Below are positions 11,376 to 25,700 of a DNA stretch of 41,571 bases, in pieces. Made by a program: the position numbers and the translations under genes. The notes beneath the pieces are model-generated. The model saw only the letters and a list, made by a program, of their open reading frames with translations, was not told where the DNA came from and did no database searches. Within the stretch, counting starts at the first letter, position 1. Every line of letters starts with the position of its first letter. The DNA comes from Nemertoderma westbladi (lineage: Eukaryota > Animalia > Xenacoelomorpha). The stretch is taken from contig JAUCBJ010000810.1 in the NCBI GenBank assembly GCA_032718475.1, positions 1 through 41,571 of the forward strand, in the 5' to 3' direction.

Positions 11376-12522
11376 AGTAGTAACATTCACCTACAAATGC
11401 ACAAATTCCACGTAACTGTCACAAATGGTACACATTCTATCACACATTTGTCCGTTAGTCAAGTGCTTTCCAGAATGTCACATTGTTATTATGTATCCCT
11501 GGATACTAGCGGTGTGCTATTTATTCCGTATGCTATTCAATGAGCAAGCTTTTTATTGTTCTGTTAACTCACTTCTAATTCTAGCGTGGTTGTTGCCATG
11601 GTGAGTCATTCGACTTCATCCAGGCCGTGATGGGTCTAATCACTGCGCTGATATTTTACTTAATGGTAAAACAACAACTTGATCATTGCATCTACTTATC
11701 CCATTGGAAAGTGACCTAGACTCGGACTCTATACTACCATCCACACCAGGGGGTCTCACACCGAGACCAACTCCTAAACCTGTGGTACCACATACTGCGA
11801 CCACACCTCGACTTGTTTCAAATGAGGTACCTAGGACAATTTCGGCACCACCGCCTGTGATTGTCACTTCACGTAGTAGGCTTAATCAGACAATGACTTC
11901 AAGTGGACGCAACATTCGTCGCCCGCAACGTTTCGAAACCTGATGCCGATTTCGACGTGGGGGTGTGTTCCAGCTCCCCTACAGATCTCCATGGACTCTA
12001 TTATAGGCCATGCTCCCCCCCCCCCCCCCCTTTCACACTTTTGTTGTTTATATGTACAGCAGTATTACCGGTCTCCCTATAGGCCTACCATTCATTGTAT
12101 ATTTTATTGTACCATTCACCAGTAGTGGTGTTTATTGTCTGATGGTTTATTGTTTATATGAGTTACCGCCATCCATTATCTTACATTATTGATAATGAAC
12201 CAAACATATTATCTTATGTTTTATCATCACACCATTTGCCCTCTCCACTATACAGTCCTGGACCAGTCGGATCTATTGGGATCCGCACAAGTAGTAACTT
12301 TCACCTATAAACGCACAAATTCCACACAACTGTCACAAATCGCACACATTCGGGCCATTTGTCCGTTAGTCAGTGCCTTCCAGTATGCCACGTTATTATT
12401 GGGTATCCTGGGATACTACTGTAGCAGTGTGCTATTTTATTCCTTATGCTATTCAATGGGGCAAGCCTTTATTGTTCTTTTAACTCACTTCTAATTCTAG
12501 CGTGGTTGTTGCCATGGTGACA
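11376..12522 (+). mobile_element. Internally deleted relic of a second BEL/Pao element, antisense to the host element
   Basis: Partial LTR copy (11376-11604); integrase C-terminus VIRLHPGRDG...*SLHLLIPLE...TSSGRNIRRPQRF (11605-11943); G-rich PPT GTGGGGGTG; then TGT...ACA LTR at 11966-12522. The shared ~230 bp are ~85-87% identical. Confidence 0.72.
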
Positions 12523-12837
12523 TTATGGAAAGCTAGCAGTAGAATTAGTTTAATTCTCATGCATACAGATCTGGGATGCTATTTAATAGTAATTCTTTAA
12601 TTGTCAATATCCTCTCTATACATGATTTTATGAATTTTATCGGCTATTGACTATATATTGGAGATTCTCGCACACAAATACACTTAATAGAGTGAATCTC
12701 CGCTCCCATGATCTATTAATTAATGGAATTTTGGGAATGTTATAAATTGTATAAAATGACAATTTATTAAATTCATTGAAATATATGAATTTAAATTTAT
12801 TCCCGTAAATTATATATTTAATGTTAAATAGACACAA

Positions 12838-13130
12838 TTTTATTCCAGAACGTGTCTGGGGACTGGGATCCTTGATTCTAGGAATTTTGTCTTTTTGAGA
12901 GTATCGGTAAGTGCTACGATATCTTAATCGACTAGAATTTTAAAGGATCCAAAATTCGACAGATTTTGTAAATATTAATAATTAATATTTAGGATGGGCA
13001 CCAGTTTATTCCAGAACTTGTCTGGGGACGTTAACCACTGATTCTAGAATTTTGTCTTTCAAGTATATCGGTGGGTGTCGCGATATCTTAATCGACTAGA
13101 ATTACAGATGGTCAAAGGGTTTAACAGATT
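12838..13130. repeat. Diverged tandem dimer, period ~167 bp
   Basis: TTTATTCCAGAAC.TGTCTGGGGAC ... CGATATCTTAATCGACTAGAATT occurs twice. Confidence 0.85.
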
Positions 13131-13649
13131 TATTTGCGTTGTACGCTACTGTTAAAGGGACATCACGCTACTATATGTATTATTTAATATACGGTATGAG
13201 AGCAATATCGCACGAAGCAATGTCAGTGAGAAGAGGCAAGCCGTTTCCAAGGTCTACCCAGAGCTTGGTTTAGCCGAGACACGAGGATCTGAATTTTGCA
13301 TTCCTAATACTCTGCTTACCAATAATACTTAAATATAGTAGGAGCTTTATTGTACTTTAATAAGTACGGATATTTCATCTTACTGTAGTTACGTATTTGT
13401 AATGTAATACGGACAGTAAGGAAAGAGAAAAATAATTATTTCTCGCCGTCGCACTAAATATATAATATATAACTAATTAAGTAATAAACGCGAATATATA
13501 TTGCACTAATCTACTAAATAATCGCTAAAATAACATTCTACTAAATAAAATTAAAGAAAACGATTATAATAAAATTACATAATAATACATACATAAATAT
13601 AAAATAATAAGAATAAAATAATATGGTCACACACCCACTCCATATGCTA

Positions 13650-16600
13650 CTAAGCTGGGGAGTCCCTAGATGTTTGTTGGATTAGGGAGGTGGTCGTGGG
13701 AAGAGTATCTTGTCTTCCATAGTTTCCGGAGAGTTCTCTGTCTCTTTCCAGTAAACATAAGCGACCAACTGGGCGATTGAGCTGCTGTGTCTCGAAGACA
13801 ATTCCCGGTTTCTTGAAGTTGTGTCGCATGACGACGAGTTCTACCAATCGCACCAAACCGTCATCCGAGATGTGAGTCTCGATGATACGACCTGTCTGCC
13901 ACCACTTACGTGGAAGATCTACATCCACAATAAGAACCATGTCTCCAGCGCTGACGTTTTCTTGCTGCGCAAACCACTTAGTTCGAAGTTGTAGCGTGGG
14001 CAGATAATGTTTTTCGAAATGGTCAGCGAAACGACGGGATAACAACTGCATGAGTTGCCAAGTTTGCCGGCAGTATTCGTCTCCATCTGTGATTTCCGAT
14101 TGTGGGAGCATGGCTACAGGTTTCTTCAGTAGGAAGTGCACGGGTGTTAGCGCTTCCAGGGAATCGGGACTCGATGAGACTGGCATAAGCGGTCTCTCGT
14201 TGAGATAGGCGGCGATTTCCTCCATTAACGTCCGCAAAAGTTCGTCGGTGAGATACGCGTGGCAAGGCACTATAAAGTGAAATGCGGTCTTCACACTTCT
14301 TATTAATCTCTCCCAACTTCCTCCCCACCAAGGGGCGTCGGCGGCGTTGAAGGTCCAGCTAGACGCTGTTACTCGTAGCTGATCGTCCACCTGTCTTTGG
14401 TTCCAATCTTTGACGTAAGCTTTGATTTCATTGTTGGCACCAATGAAGTTTGTTCCCTTATCAGATCTCATTGTGTTACTAGTGCCAAAGCGAGCGATCT
14501 GTCGTCATAAGCTTAATAGAAAGCTGTTGGTAGATAAATCGTTCACCCTATCGAGATGGATAGCTCTACAAGTCATACAAACAAAGATGACACACCATCT
14601 CTTGACTATAGTCCTAGCACGATATACTTCAATAGGGCCAAATAAATCCACACCGGTATTAGTAAAGGGTGGTTCATAGAAGCTTACTCGTTCCCTAGGT
14701 AATTCTGCCTCTCGCTGTGTTAAAGGCCTACTCAATGCTTTCCTACAGGGTATGCAGTTCCTAAGAACTTGGTTCAGAGCTCTACGGGGTTTATAAAAAT
14801 AATAGCGAGTTCGAATTTCGCTAAGAACTCGTTCTCTACCAGCATGATAAAGTTTGCTGTGAACATCTACAATCATCTTGACTTGTATTTCAAGATTTCT
14901 AATGAGTATGGGAAACTTAGTGTCAAAGGATAATGGAGCATTCGTTAATCTTCCTCCAACATGTATCAACCCATCTATCATTGTGCTAGAGAAACGATCC
15001 CTTAAGCGCATCTGTGGATTTCTCAACAACAGGAAATACTTATCGGAATCCTCATAGCATTGCAGGAGTCTCAGCATCTGCTTGTTGGTTTCTTCATGCT
15101 CCTGATAACTGATCTTCTCCTTCAGAAACCTGTCGGATATCTTATATTTGGGAAGATCTTTAATAACATGGACCTGCACCGATGTTATTGGAGCGGTATC
15201 ACTTTTGGTCTTCATCCCGGAGTAGTGATGGTGAAAACATCTCTTTAAATATGTAATGGCCTTACAGAGCCGATTCCAGGAACTGTAGTGATGTATCGCT
15301 CTCTGCAGAAGAGGTGAGAGTCCTTGCGAGACGTATGGTATTCCAGATTTCCAATCCTTATCACGGATTTCCACAACAAGCTTATTTGTGGCTGTTGGTT
15401 TCTGATCCAAAGCGTCGTCTCCGGAAATATGTAGTACAGACAGATCTACCATAGGTTTGAATAACTTCGATTTACTCGCCCGAGTTTTAGGTTTGACTTT
15501 CTCCACTCCCTTGGCCTGTCTAATCTCTGTGGTAGTAAGATGAGGAGGCCATTCTTCTTCTTCTTTGTAGAGGAAGTCGGGTCCACCTAACCAGTCTGGA
15601 GTGTCTACCAGTTCTTGTGGAGTTGCTCCCCTGGAGGCGATGTCTGCTGGATTAATCGTTCCGGGGCAATGTCTCCATTGATCCATCGTTGTGCGACTGA
15701 GTATAATGGCTACTCTGTTGGTAACGAAGACGCTGAACTGACAGACTTCATTGGTTATATACTCCAACACGAGTAAAGCGTCGGTCCAATAGACAGTTTT
15801 CTCCAGTGGATAGTCGATCTGTTCTGTTACATTCCGGCCGATGGCTGTAGCGTATAGAGCCGCTTTTAACTCCGCTCGAGGAACTTTCAACTTATTGTTT
15901 ATCAATGCCTTAGAGGTAACCAAGGCGACTTTGATTCCGTCCGGAGTTTCCACCCTTAGGTAGGCTACTATACCTATTCCCATATCGCTGGCGTCTCCAA
16001 ACACATGGAGTTGATAGGAATACGTAGGGAGAACATGACCAAAATATGAACGGGAAATTATAAAGTTCTCGATGTCTGGTAGAGAATCTTCCCATTTCAT
16101 CCACTTCTTTAATAATTCTCCCTTAAGTGGATCGTCCCATGAGTGGTTTTCAAGCCACATTTGTTGTACTAAACTCCGAGCAATCAATATAACTGGGCTA
16201 ATAAATCCCAATGGATCGAAATAAGTGCTCAGGATACTTAAACAAATCCGTTTAGTCCGAACTGGATTATCTCGCTGTTTTAGTTGGAAAAACAGGATAT
16301 CTCTTTCTGTGTCCCATTTCAAACCAAGGGTCTTAGTTTCTGGGAGATCATCTTTTATTAGATCCAGGTCTTTCGCTCCTCGATCTTCTACCGGGATCGA
16401 CTCCAGAAACTCACGGGAGTTGCTGGTGAATTTAGTTAATCGAAATCCACCTCTTTTTAAGCACTCTACCGTTCCTTTAGCGACATCGATGGCATCTTCG
16501 ACTGATGGAAGGGACTTTAGATTGTCGTCCATGTATATATCCCGCTTGATGTTGTCAATCACCTCTTTAGAGAAGGCGTCTCGGTTGTCATCCGCAGTGG

Positions 16601-19600
16601 TGCGCACCACTGAACAGGCGTTTGAAGGGCTTGAGATTATCCCAAAAGCCTGGATGGTCATCCAGTACTCCACCGGTTTCTGGTTGAGGTCTCCTTCAGG
16701 CCACCACAGAAATCGTAGGCTATCTCGATCCCTATCCAGCGCCTTGACTTGTAAGAACATGCCTTCTATATCTGAGGCGAAAGCAATTGAATATTGTCTT
16801 AATCTTAAGAGTATTCCCAACAAGGATTGGAGTAAGTTGGGTCCGGGTAACAATTCGGAATTAAGGGATTGGCCCATATAGAGGGCGGAGCCGTCGAACA
16901 CCACTCGTACCTCATGGGGTTTACCGGGTTTGGGAACGTAATGGTGAGTTAAATAATACGTTCTCTCAGTTATAGGTGTTTCTTCCGGTACTAGCTCCGC
17001 ATATCCCTTGCTAATAAATTTCTTCAACTGCGTTTGATACATTTCTTTAGCTGAAGAATTTGCCGTAAGGCGTCGATGTAGTTGAGCAATTCTTTTCTCC
17101 GCCAAGGGTCTGTTGTTTACGAACTTTGGTTCTCACTTTCGGAAAGGTAGACCGATCTCATATCTACCTTGATCTTTAAGAAAACGTGTAGTTGTCTCTT
17201 GGATCTGCTTGGCTCTTTCTTCCTCTACCGATAGGGCCTAATCGTAGGAATTGGGCTCTACAGCCTCTTGAGTAAAGAATCGTACGGCGTGTTCATCCCG
17301 AGTCTTGGCATTATAACGTTCAATGACATCATTAAGCTCGTCGTTATAGTTGTCTCGTTCTGATGGAAGAAGGAGCTGACATAAGTTCACTTGGTTTTGC
17401 CATGTCTCGTTTTCCTTAAGGAGATCGATGGTATTTTCCTCGTCGAAAAGTTGGTGGACATCGTCATTATCTGAGGAGTATGGTGTTCCCTCAGTTGGAT
17501 CGTCTAACTCACTGCCCTCGACTTCCCATTCTCTTACTTGATATACCTGGTCTTTCGGTAATCTTTCCATGAGAGTTCTACGGGAAGGGCCAGTAAAGTA
17601 CCAACCCACTCTAGTTCTTCCCGCATAAGCTTGTAGTGGTTGCTGTTGAGCGGGCCGTTTCTCCAATGTCTCGAGCGCTTCATGCGCGTTTTGACCGATG
17701 AGTATTTGCACTCCAGGGTAATCGGTGTTGAATCTAGGTATTTCCAGCTGCTGGGTGAAATCGTCCTCATCCCAGTTATAAGGTTCCACTTGGGTGGTAG
17801 CGAAGTTCTTTATCGCCACCATTTTTACTGACCTTATACTATGTTCTCCTAGTTCATCCTGGGGGGTGGACAACGCACCTACATAATAATCCGCTATTAC
17901 TGTAGATTTCCAAACCTGCATAATTCCTGACATGTTTAACTTAGTTCGGAACTTGGGTTGTCCAGCAAAGATGTCTTCGGCTAGTTCTTTGTCGATGAAT
18001 GTTCCTGTACTACTGGAGTCAAGGAGGGCGTTCACTACATAACTCCTTTTAGGTCCGTGGACCCTTACCTGTACTACAGGAAATTCTTGGATTCCTACAT
18101 TGGAAGGTGGCGCTTTCCAAGATGGTTGTCGCTCAGAAGTAGTTAGGGTGAGGTCGCTGTCTGTGTCTTTTTCATACGTAAGTGCTCGATACACTGCGGT
18201 ATTTATCATGTAACAGGATTCATCTTCGTCGGATAATTCATCTGTATAGAATCCTTCCATCTCAGAACTTTGGTCAGTGTCGTTCACATCACTGAATTGG
18301 ACATGTAGTTCGGAATCACTTACCTGACTGTGGCTGTTTCGCTCAAATTCAGTGTGCAACAAGATATGATGTTTCGCACCGCACTTTGCACACCTTGTGT
18401 CAGAGTAACAGGTTCGCCGTTGGTGTCCTTGTCTGAGACAATTATAACACAACCGCTTATCCCACATGACTTCCCGTCTCTCCGTTAATGATTTCTTCAG
18501 GAATTCATCACACATATTCAAACGGTGGGTCCCGTCACATAGCGCACATTTCGGTTTGATGTTACTTACCTTATTTTGAATAACATTGTGCACACTCGTT
18601 CTTTCTTCGGGCTTTCTCACCTGAATTCTCTTGGGAGACGTAGGAGGAGTTTTTCTTACCTGTTCTCTCCTGTCATTGGTTCGAGACTTGAATTTACTTA
18701 CCTGTTCTTTAGGCGTTTTATTGACATAATAAGATCTTTCAGTGTCTTTCCCGCTATCCTCTCCTTGAGAAGTCTGGCTTTCGCCGTCGTCTGCATAACA
18801 CACTGGTGTTACCTTTCTCCTAGAAACGGGTTTCTCACTTACCTTGTTTTCCGGTGTCTTCTCTCTGGACTGTTTTAGGAGCTGTAATTTCACTTCTCCA
18901 TCTAAGAATGACATGAGATCAGCCATGGTAGGGTCTCGTCGTCGTTGTTCCATCATATATAACACTTTCTTATCCCAGCGTGTACCTACTCCACCTTTCG
19001 GTAAAGTAGAAGCCACGGCTCCAATAACCATAGAACTCTGATATTCATGAGACTTACCTAACCAATCTAATTGTCTACAGATCTCTTGAATCTCATCGGA
19101 AAATCCCGCTGCTAATGAACTTTTGGGGCGCTACTAATTTTGCATACAAATATCTAGCTATGTTATTCCTATTACCATACCTGATGTTTAGTGTATCCCA
19201 AACTTGTCTTAATCCGTCTGGATGTCCAATAAACTTTAACGCCATTAACTTGGGAGATCCTTCCAAGCACTCGATGAGGAATCTAAGTTTCTCTCCATTA
19301 GATAGTACAGAGTTCTGTATGTTATCTTAATAATATTCATTAAAAGGTAACCATTTCATCTCATCTCCATTGAACTTGACTATCTCTCCCACCTTTACCG
19401 CTTGACGGGCTTCGGTTCTAGCCATTTGACGCGTAAAACTTTCTTGGGCCATCATGTTATTTAATATCGAGTTATCGGTATATAAATTTCTCGGATTATG
19501 ATCAGATCTATAGGGAATATCATTATCAACAGGTCTATAATTACCCTTAATAGGGTTCACTATAGGAGTTTCTACTTCGCTAGCAGTATAGATGCGTGTA

Positions 19601-21822
19601 GGCTCCACACCTTGCGCATGAAATACTTCAGACCTAACAGGTTGACACATTGTTACAGGGGGTGGTGGTATACCCTTTTGTGTATTTACTAATTTATCGC
19701 GTTCTAACGTGCTACTTTGCTGCACTTCTTGCAACTCTAACCTACTCTCTCTAATTGTTCCCTTTAACTGCTGCACAGTTCCCTCCATCTCCTGGGCCTG
19801 CTGAGAGGAGCGAGAATGTTGTTCCCTCAGCTGTCCGAGCAGGAGACCCATCTCCCGTCGTCCCTCATCTACCCACTCGACCGCCGAAGCGGGAGGCACC
19901 AACGTTGTAGCGGGCAGACGAGGGACAATGGGCGACAAATCATTAATATTTCGCTCGGAGTTCAGGACATGAACATTTTCAAGGGTGGTTCTGTGGGGCA
20001 CAGGTAGCTTCGTGCTGTGCAGAGGGAATTTAGAGGTAGGTTCAGGGAGTACAGGTGTCTCTATCACCAAAGGGGTGGCTTCGAGAACAGGCCTAATTAT
20101 TTCAGGCTCATCTACTATAGTAGGGAGTCTTTCTATGTTAATATTTGGTCTGTGGGTTCTGTACTACCTAAGTTTGTGTTATTTAGTTGCCTTCTAACAG
20201 CTGGGGGCAAATCAGGCAATTTCTGATGGTGGGATATTCTTCTACGTCTGCTTAGACGAGATCTATTTCCTCCGCCTTCAGTATCGGTGGTATCGCCTTC
20301 CTCAGATGATGTATATCCCTGTCTTTTGGGAGTAGATCGACTCATCATCTGCATTTGACTAGCTGTTAACTGTTTATTTATGCAGTCTTGATTCTCCTGA
20401 ATGTTTTCCAATTCTAGTTGGGTGGTTTCTTCAGAGGTCTGCTTCTGCCACTGCCGCTGCCACTGCCGCCTTTCTTTCCGCTTCGGCCACTGCCGCCTTT
20501 CTTTCCACTTCTACCGCCTTTCTTTCCACTTCTACCGCCTTTCTTTCCATTTCTACCGCCTTTCTTTCCGCTTCTACTTCTGCCGCTGCCGCTGCCGCGT
20601 TTCTTTCCGCTTCTGCCGCTGCCACTGCTGCTGCCACTGCCGCTGTCTTTCTGTCTGCTATACGTTTTTTCTTTACTTGTTCTTCTTGGACCCTAGTGAT
20701 GCGGATGCTTTCATTGAATTTAGCTTGGTTCGCAGCTAACCTATCCACATCGATTGCGTCCAACACAAGCTTGGCTCCTTCACTATTAGGGCTAAGTCCA
20801 TCTAGCCTTCTCCTCAACTCTTCATCACCTACAAAACGTTGATAGTCTGACAGATAGAGGTCAATGGCATCCCTCTTATGCGGTTTCTCTGCTGTCGCTT
20901 CACTTTCCACTTGGGAAAAAGTAGCGTCTGTTGATTCTCCATGGGTTGAGCGCTCATCCAGCTGGGCTTTCCACTGAGCCGTTCCTTGAACCCGGAGACT
21001 CACCCGTTGAAACCAAGTCTTTACGGCAACTTGCAACGACGTGTCTTGTCTTCTTTTAGAAACCTCCCCAAAGGCCGATAAGATTAGCCTGATTCGTAGA
21101 ATTCTTTCTCTAACTTGATAAAGCAGCTGTCCCTGCTCTTGAGGTCCTTGGGGTTGTTGAAACAGTTGTTCTTCTAATCGCTCCATGGAGCTGAAGAATC
21201 CCTGTACTTATCCGGCTGCGGACCTCTTCCACACAGCTGGATCGATGATTTCCTTGGTTACTCCCATCCTGTGTATGTCTTCCCAGGCAGCTTCTGATAA
21301 ATCAAACGGGAGTCCGGGTCCGGGGAAGTTCCATTGCGACTCGACAATAGACTTCAGTTCTTCCCTTGTGTATCCCGCATAACTATCTTTAGTCGATCGC
21401 TTATTTCTCACCCAATCGATCTGGTGTTCTTCCACCGCAATCAATAACCTAGTGAGTATGGCTGCAGGAAGGATGAGAAGGGGATCCGAATAAACCGCAT
21501 CCGTCATCTTTGCTCCGCGCTCGGGTGTCAGCTCTACAGTATCCTCACTACTGGAGCTGTCGGGCCGTTGAGAAACAAGTTCTTGGCTCGCGGGTTGTTG
21601 CTGTTCCGCTGCTTCTTGGTCCCGCTTGACCTGAGCTCGAGTGCCTATGATAGACCTACGATGTTGGACTAGCCTAGGGTCTGATATTACTACGGGAGGG
21701 ATGATCTTTCTTACAGTAGGAGGTGAGTTGAACTTCGGTCCTACACGTTCCACACTCCTGTCTGGGTCACATATGGTTGTATCTAGGAGACTGTCTGACA
21801 GGGTTTGCTTTATGTCAGACAT
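13650..21822 (-). pseudogene. BEL/Pao Gag-Pol polyprotein broken by stops and frameshifts
   Basis: Gag core (KFNGDEMKWLPF), three BEL-type knuckles (CALCDGTHRLNMC, CYNCLRQGHQRRTC, CAKCGAKHHILLH), protease ALLDSSS, RT (RVVFDGS, DIEGMFLQV, YMDD), RNase H (FGDAS, PRAEL, WTDA), integrase (H..H..CIPC, GVDLFGP, SDKGTNF, WERLIRSVK) and C-terminal W..GRI...DGLVR. 19031-13650 is one frame with a few stops; the N-terminal part has frameshifts. Confidence 0.95.
20440..20650 (-). repeat. Coding tandem repeat (21-bp units, AVEVERK / AAVAAAEAERK) in the Gag extension
   Basis: (CCGCCTTTCTTTCCACTTCTA)n on the + strand. Confidence 0.85.
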
Positions 21823-21929
21823 GTTGGTTTGTACAGTTGAATGCCTACTGCTATATTACAGTTTAAGCAAGTCTAGTAATTCAGTATCACCGTTAGCCTA
21901 GTAATTAATTACCGATACTGCTACTCAGT

Positions 21930-22455
21930 GTAGCGTAATATATATATAATATATTAGAATACCGGTATGCTTATAGTATATATATAAGTATTGTCACAGA
22001 CTAGATTTGTCACATAATACCGGTATGTAATTTCAGCACAAGTATATATAAATATATAATAGGCCTATCGTGAATACCGGTATGCAGCTTACACCTATAG
22101 TATATATAAGTATAATTATTAACTAGAATAAATTACAGAATACCGGTATAATTTCAGCCTAAATTTATAAATATATAATAGGCCTATCGTGAATACCGGT
22201 ATACAGCTTACACTTATAATGTATATATATAAGTATAATTACAGACTAGAATTAATTACAGAATACCGGTATAATTTTAGCCTAAATTTATAAATATATA
22301 ATAGGCCTATCGTGAATACCGGTATACAGCTTACACTTATAATGTATATATATAAGTATAATTACAGACTAGAATTAATTACAGAATACCGGTATAATTT
22401 CAGCCTAAAATTTATAGAAATAAATATAATAAGCCTATGGTAAATACCGGTATGT
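21930..22455. repeat. AT-rich tandem array, ~122-bp period x4, in the BEL 5' leader
   Basis: ATAGGCCTATCGTGAATACCGGTAT recurs near 22059, 22179 and 22301, with a diverged copy near 22430; two TACCGGTA per unit. Confidence 0.9.
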
Positions 22456-22795
22456 CAATTATTTTAAATAATTGAATTTCTGAATTTTTAGGGGTTACTT
22501 GGTCACTTTACTTACTTTATTACCGTTATTTGAACCAGTAGTCCAACTGATATTTAGACCTAATTGATGGATGGCAGGCCTACTATTTATAAATCGTTTG
22601 AGTTGATTTATAATATATATACCCGTTAAAATGGGTTTTGTCAATATTTGAAATAAATGTTATTATTTCTGGGGGGAGTCACTACACAGAAGCTGTGCGC
22701 TCTCAGTGAAGTGTTACTTGTTGGACACTAAAACAAATAATTCTAATTTACCTAAGTTACTTAATACTACAAATTACGTACAATTCTGGGTGAGA

Positions 22796-25700
22796 TTTTT
22801 TTTTTTTTAACTCTTTAAGTCTCATTTATTCACATAGATAATAAAACGTTAATGTTAAACAATACCCACCACCAGCCGACGTTACTAGGCAACCAATATA
22901 AGAGGGAAATTTAAAATGAAATCCTTTGCCCGCCCCCAACACAGAAACAGTCTCTATGGTGTATGGAGCATACTACTGTATTTACCCCACCCTACCGAAC
23001 TGCGCCAACACCCCAGGGTCTGAGTCCGCGTTAGCCAACCGGATCGATGAGTCGGTGACTGCCTCCCGCACCGGTCGCCTAGCAGCCGAACGGTACCCGC
23101 GTAAACACATTAATGACGACCTGAGGAGGGAGAAACTGATTTGCCGACGTACCCATGAGACGCACTCCGGATAGGGAACCTGCCGTTTGTCGGACAACTT
23201 CACCGCCAGTCGTTTGACAAACTGATGGGCAGCTGGTGCCATTCCGCCGAAAGCAGAGAAAATTAAGGGAGTGAAGGTGGAGTGTTCCACCTTGCGTAAT
23301 CTCTCCTCGTATTTCCGGCACTTCCTCGCCTCGTGGTGGAGATGGGCGGCGTCAATCGACATCGCCGCATTGGTGTCCGCCAGCGGGTTGAACACCGACA
23401 CGTCGATAAACATTTTCTGATAACGATTGCCCCAGAATCTGCTCACCGACACGTCGAGCCGCGCCAGCTGGTCCGTCGAGGTGGAACGGAGGGAGAAGGA
23501 CTCCCCCGTTAGTGGCTGGAGCATCAGTTCGACTGCCACACTGTGGGCCACCTCGGTTAGGGTGTTGGCGACGAAATCGCGGATCTCGTTGTGTCTTATG
23601 GAGGGGAAACCTCCAGTGGGACACGACAGAACGTGGGTTGCAGAAAATCGGGACCCACAAACACAACGAGATGGTAGGTTCTTCGGCGACCAACCGTAAC
23701 GGAGACAAACAGCATCCCTAAACTCTCCTTTGGACAGGTGAGTGTCGTGCAGGGTGAGTGGTTTGGTGTTTAACCACGCAGACGCACCTTTTTCAGTAGT
23801 TAGTATAACCAAATTATGTTGGTCAGAACTTAATTGGTCGTAAACCTCCTCCTTTTTAGCTTTCGCTACAACTGATGAAGAGGTGGCTACTAACTTGACT
23901 ATGTGTGTCTGCTCCTCTCTCACCACTGCCATAGACTCACCTTCCAAGGAGGCAAATGGTTCGCAAATCCTCCGGGAATATTCGTACTGGGGCTGTAGAT
24001 CAGCTGGTACGGGGATCCCTAGCCCACCATTGCGAACCGGGAGCGACATCAGTTGCCGTTCTACCGGTGTTATTGCTGGGCGGTCAAATATCCGGCACAG
24101 ACACCTCCCTACGGACTCCTCCAGACCACCAAATCTGTCAGTGGCTCCAGGGACAACGCGCGCCAGAAACCGCCACCGACAGGACAGACCGAATGCCAGT
24201 CCGGCATATGCGCAATGTGGATCAACAGCGGCGATGGTAGCGAGTCGTTCCACGTCTGCGGCGAACTCCTCGACTTTTTGTTCGATGAAGTTGTTACGGA
24301 ACTCCTCGGTGCCGATAACACCTCCCAGGAGTTTGTTTCCAACCGAGTTGACTGTAAAATTGGTGTCCGCGAACATTATCTTTGCTTCCTGGAGTTTTTC
24401 CGGTTTTACAACAAGGGAGCATTTTGTCGGGTAGTAACCGTAGAGAGGCCCCCTAGCAGAAACAATATCCCAGAACTTCCGGAGTTCGACAAGTTTGCCT
24501 GCCGCATTGCCGTCATCTGCGTACCATTTCTGTACGATGCTACAGCCATGACTCAGTTCCAATAGTAAAGGGATCAGCCCGCAGCCAAACATCGGCATTG
24601 CTACCGGATCACCCTGAGTCGACCCTTCCTCGGAGAACAGAGACTCTCCACCGACGAATAAACACGACGGCTGGTCATAACAATTCGCCACGATTGTATA
24701 GAGTGCCGGGCAGACCTGCCGGATGTTATGCAGCGCCGCCTGCCGGTTCAGCGAATTGAAGGCATTGGTAGCATCGATCTGTAGAACTGCATCACAGTCG
24801 GCGGTGGTGAAGGCATCGTTTAGGGTGTGGATGGCGGATTCAATACCCGATTTCTGCCCCAAACACATCTGAACCGAGCCACCCACCTCCTGCAGATCTT
24901 CTCGGATGCAAGTCATTGCAGCTTTCCCGACTACCCTGCGGAGGACCTCGCCTATTCCTATGGGACGGACGCCAGGGTTTTTATCCAGAGCAAGTAATCG
25001 GGCAGACACGAACGAGGATAAAGTTCCTGATGGCAGGACTGTCTGCGACACGAGTTTACCCAAGTCGGCAATTCGATCACAGAGATCCGTTGACTGGTTC
25101 CGGAACTTCGTTAGCAGGTGTTTCCATCCCTGTACGTCCAAACCCGAGGGACCCGCAGCATTTCCCCGCATTCGTAGAAGACTGGACAGTATGAGCTGTC
25201 CATTTAAACGTTCATATACGATGCTGTGGAACTCCGGTGCTCCCTCAAACTTGTCCAAGAGAATCGACTTATCGGCGGGTTTAGCAACCGGGTGTTTCTC
25301 CCGCAATACATCATGCACCACCTTAGTGTTCCCAACTTTGTCAATGAAGGTGTCGTCCAACTTCAGCGGTTTCCCACGATTTAAGTCACTCAGACACCGC
25401 GTTGCCGCAGAAACGTTTCCAGTCAACATATGACACACAAACGTTTTCTGCAATGCGATGTTCTGCGATTCTCCCCGAAAACATTGTTTAGGGAGGTGGG
25501 ACTGGATCGCCCTTGCTTCAACCAAGAGTTCGTTGAAATTGGCCTGTTTCCAACTTCGTAACCGGCGTTCTAGAACACTCCTGTGAGTTCCCGTTGTAGA
25601 GGTGCGGCTGGGTTTTTGCAGCAACAGAGACGGTGCGACAAACAACGCCGTAAGCGCGAGCGGTTGAAGTACGCTACCAGTAGTAACCAGCTCGATGAGG

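Noticed and set aside
16225-25433. Plus-strand ORFs of 170-218 aa overlapping pol and the CRE ORF
   Set aside because: Antisense shadows of real coding frames, with no motifs of their own.
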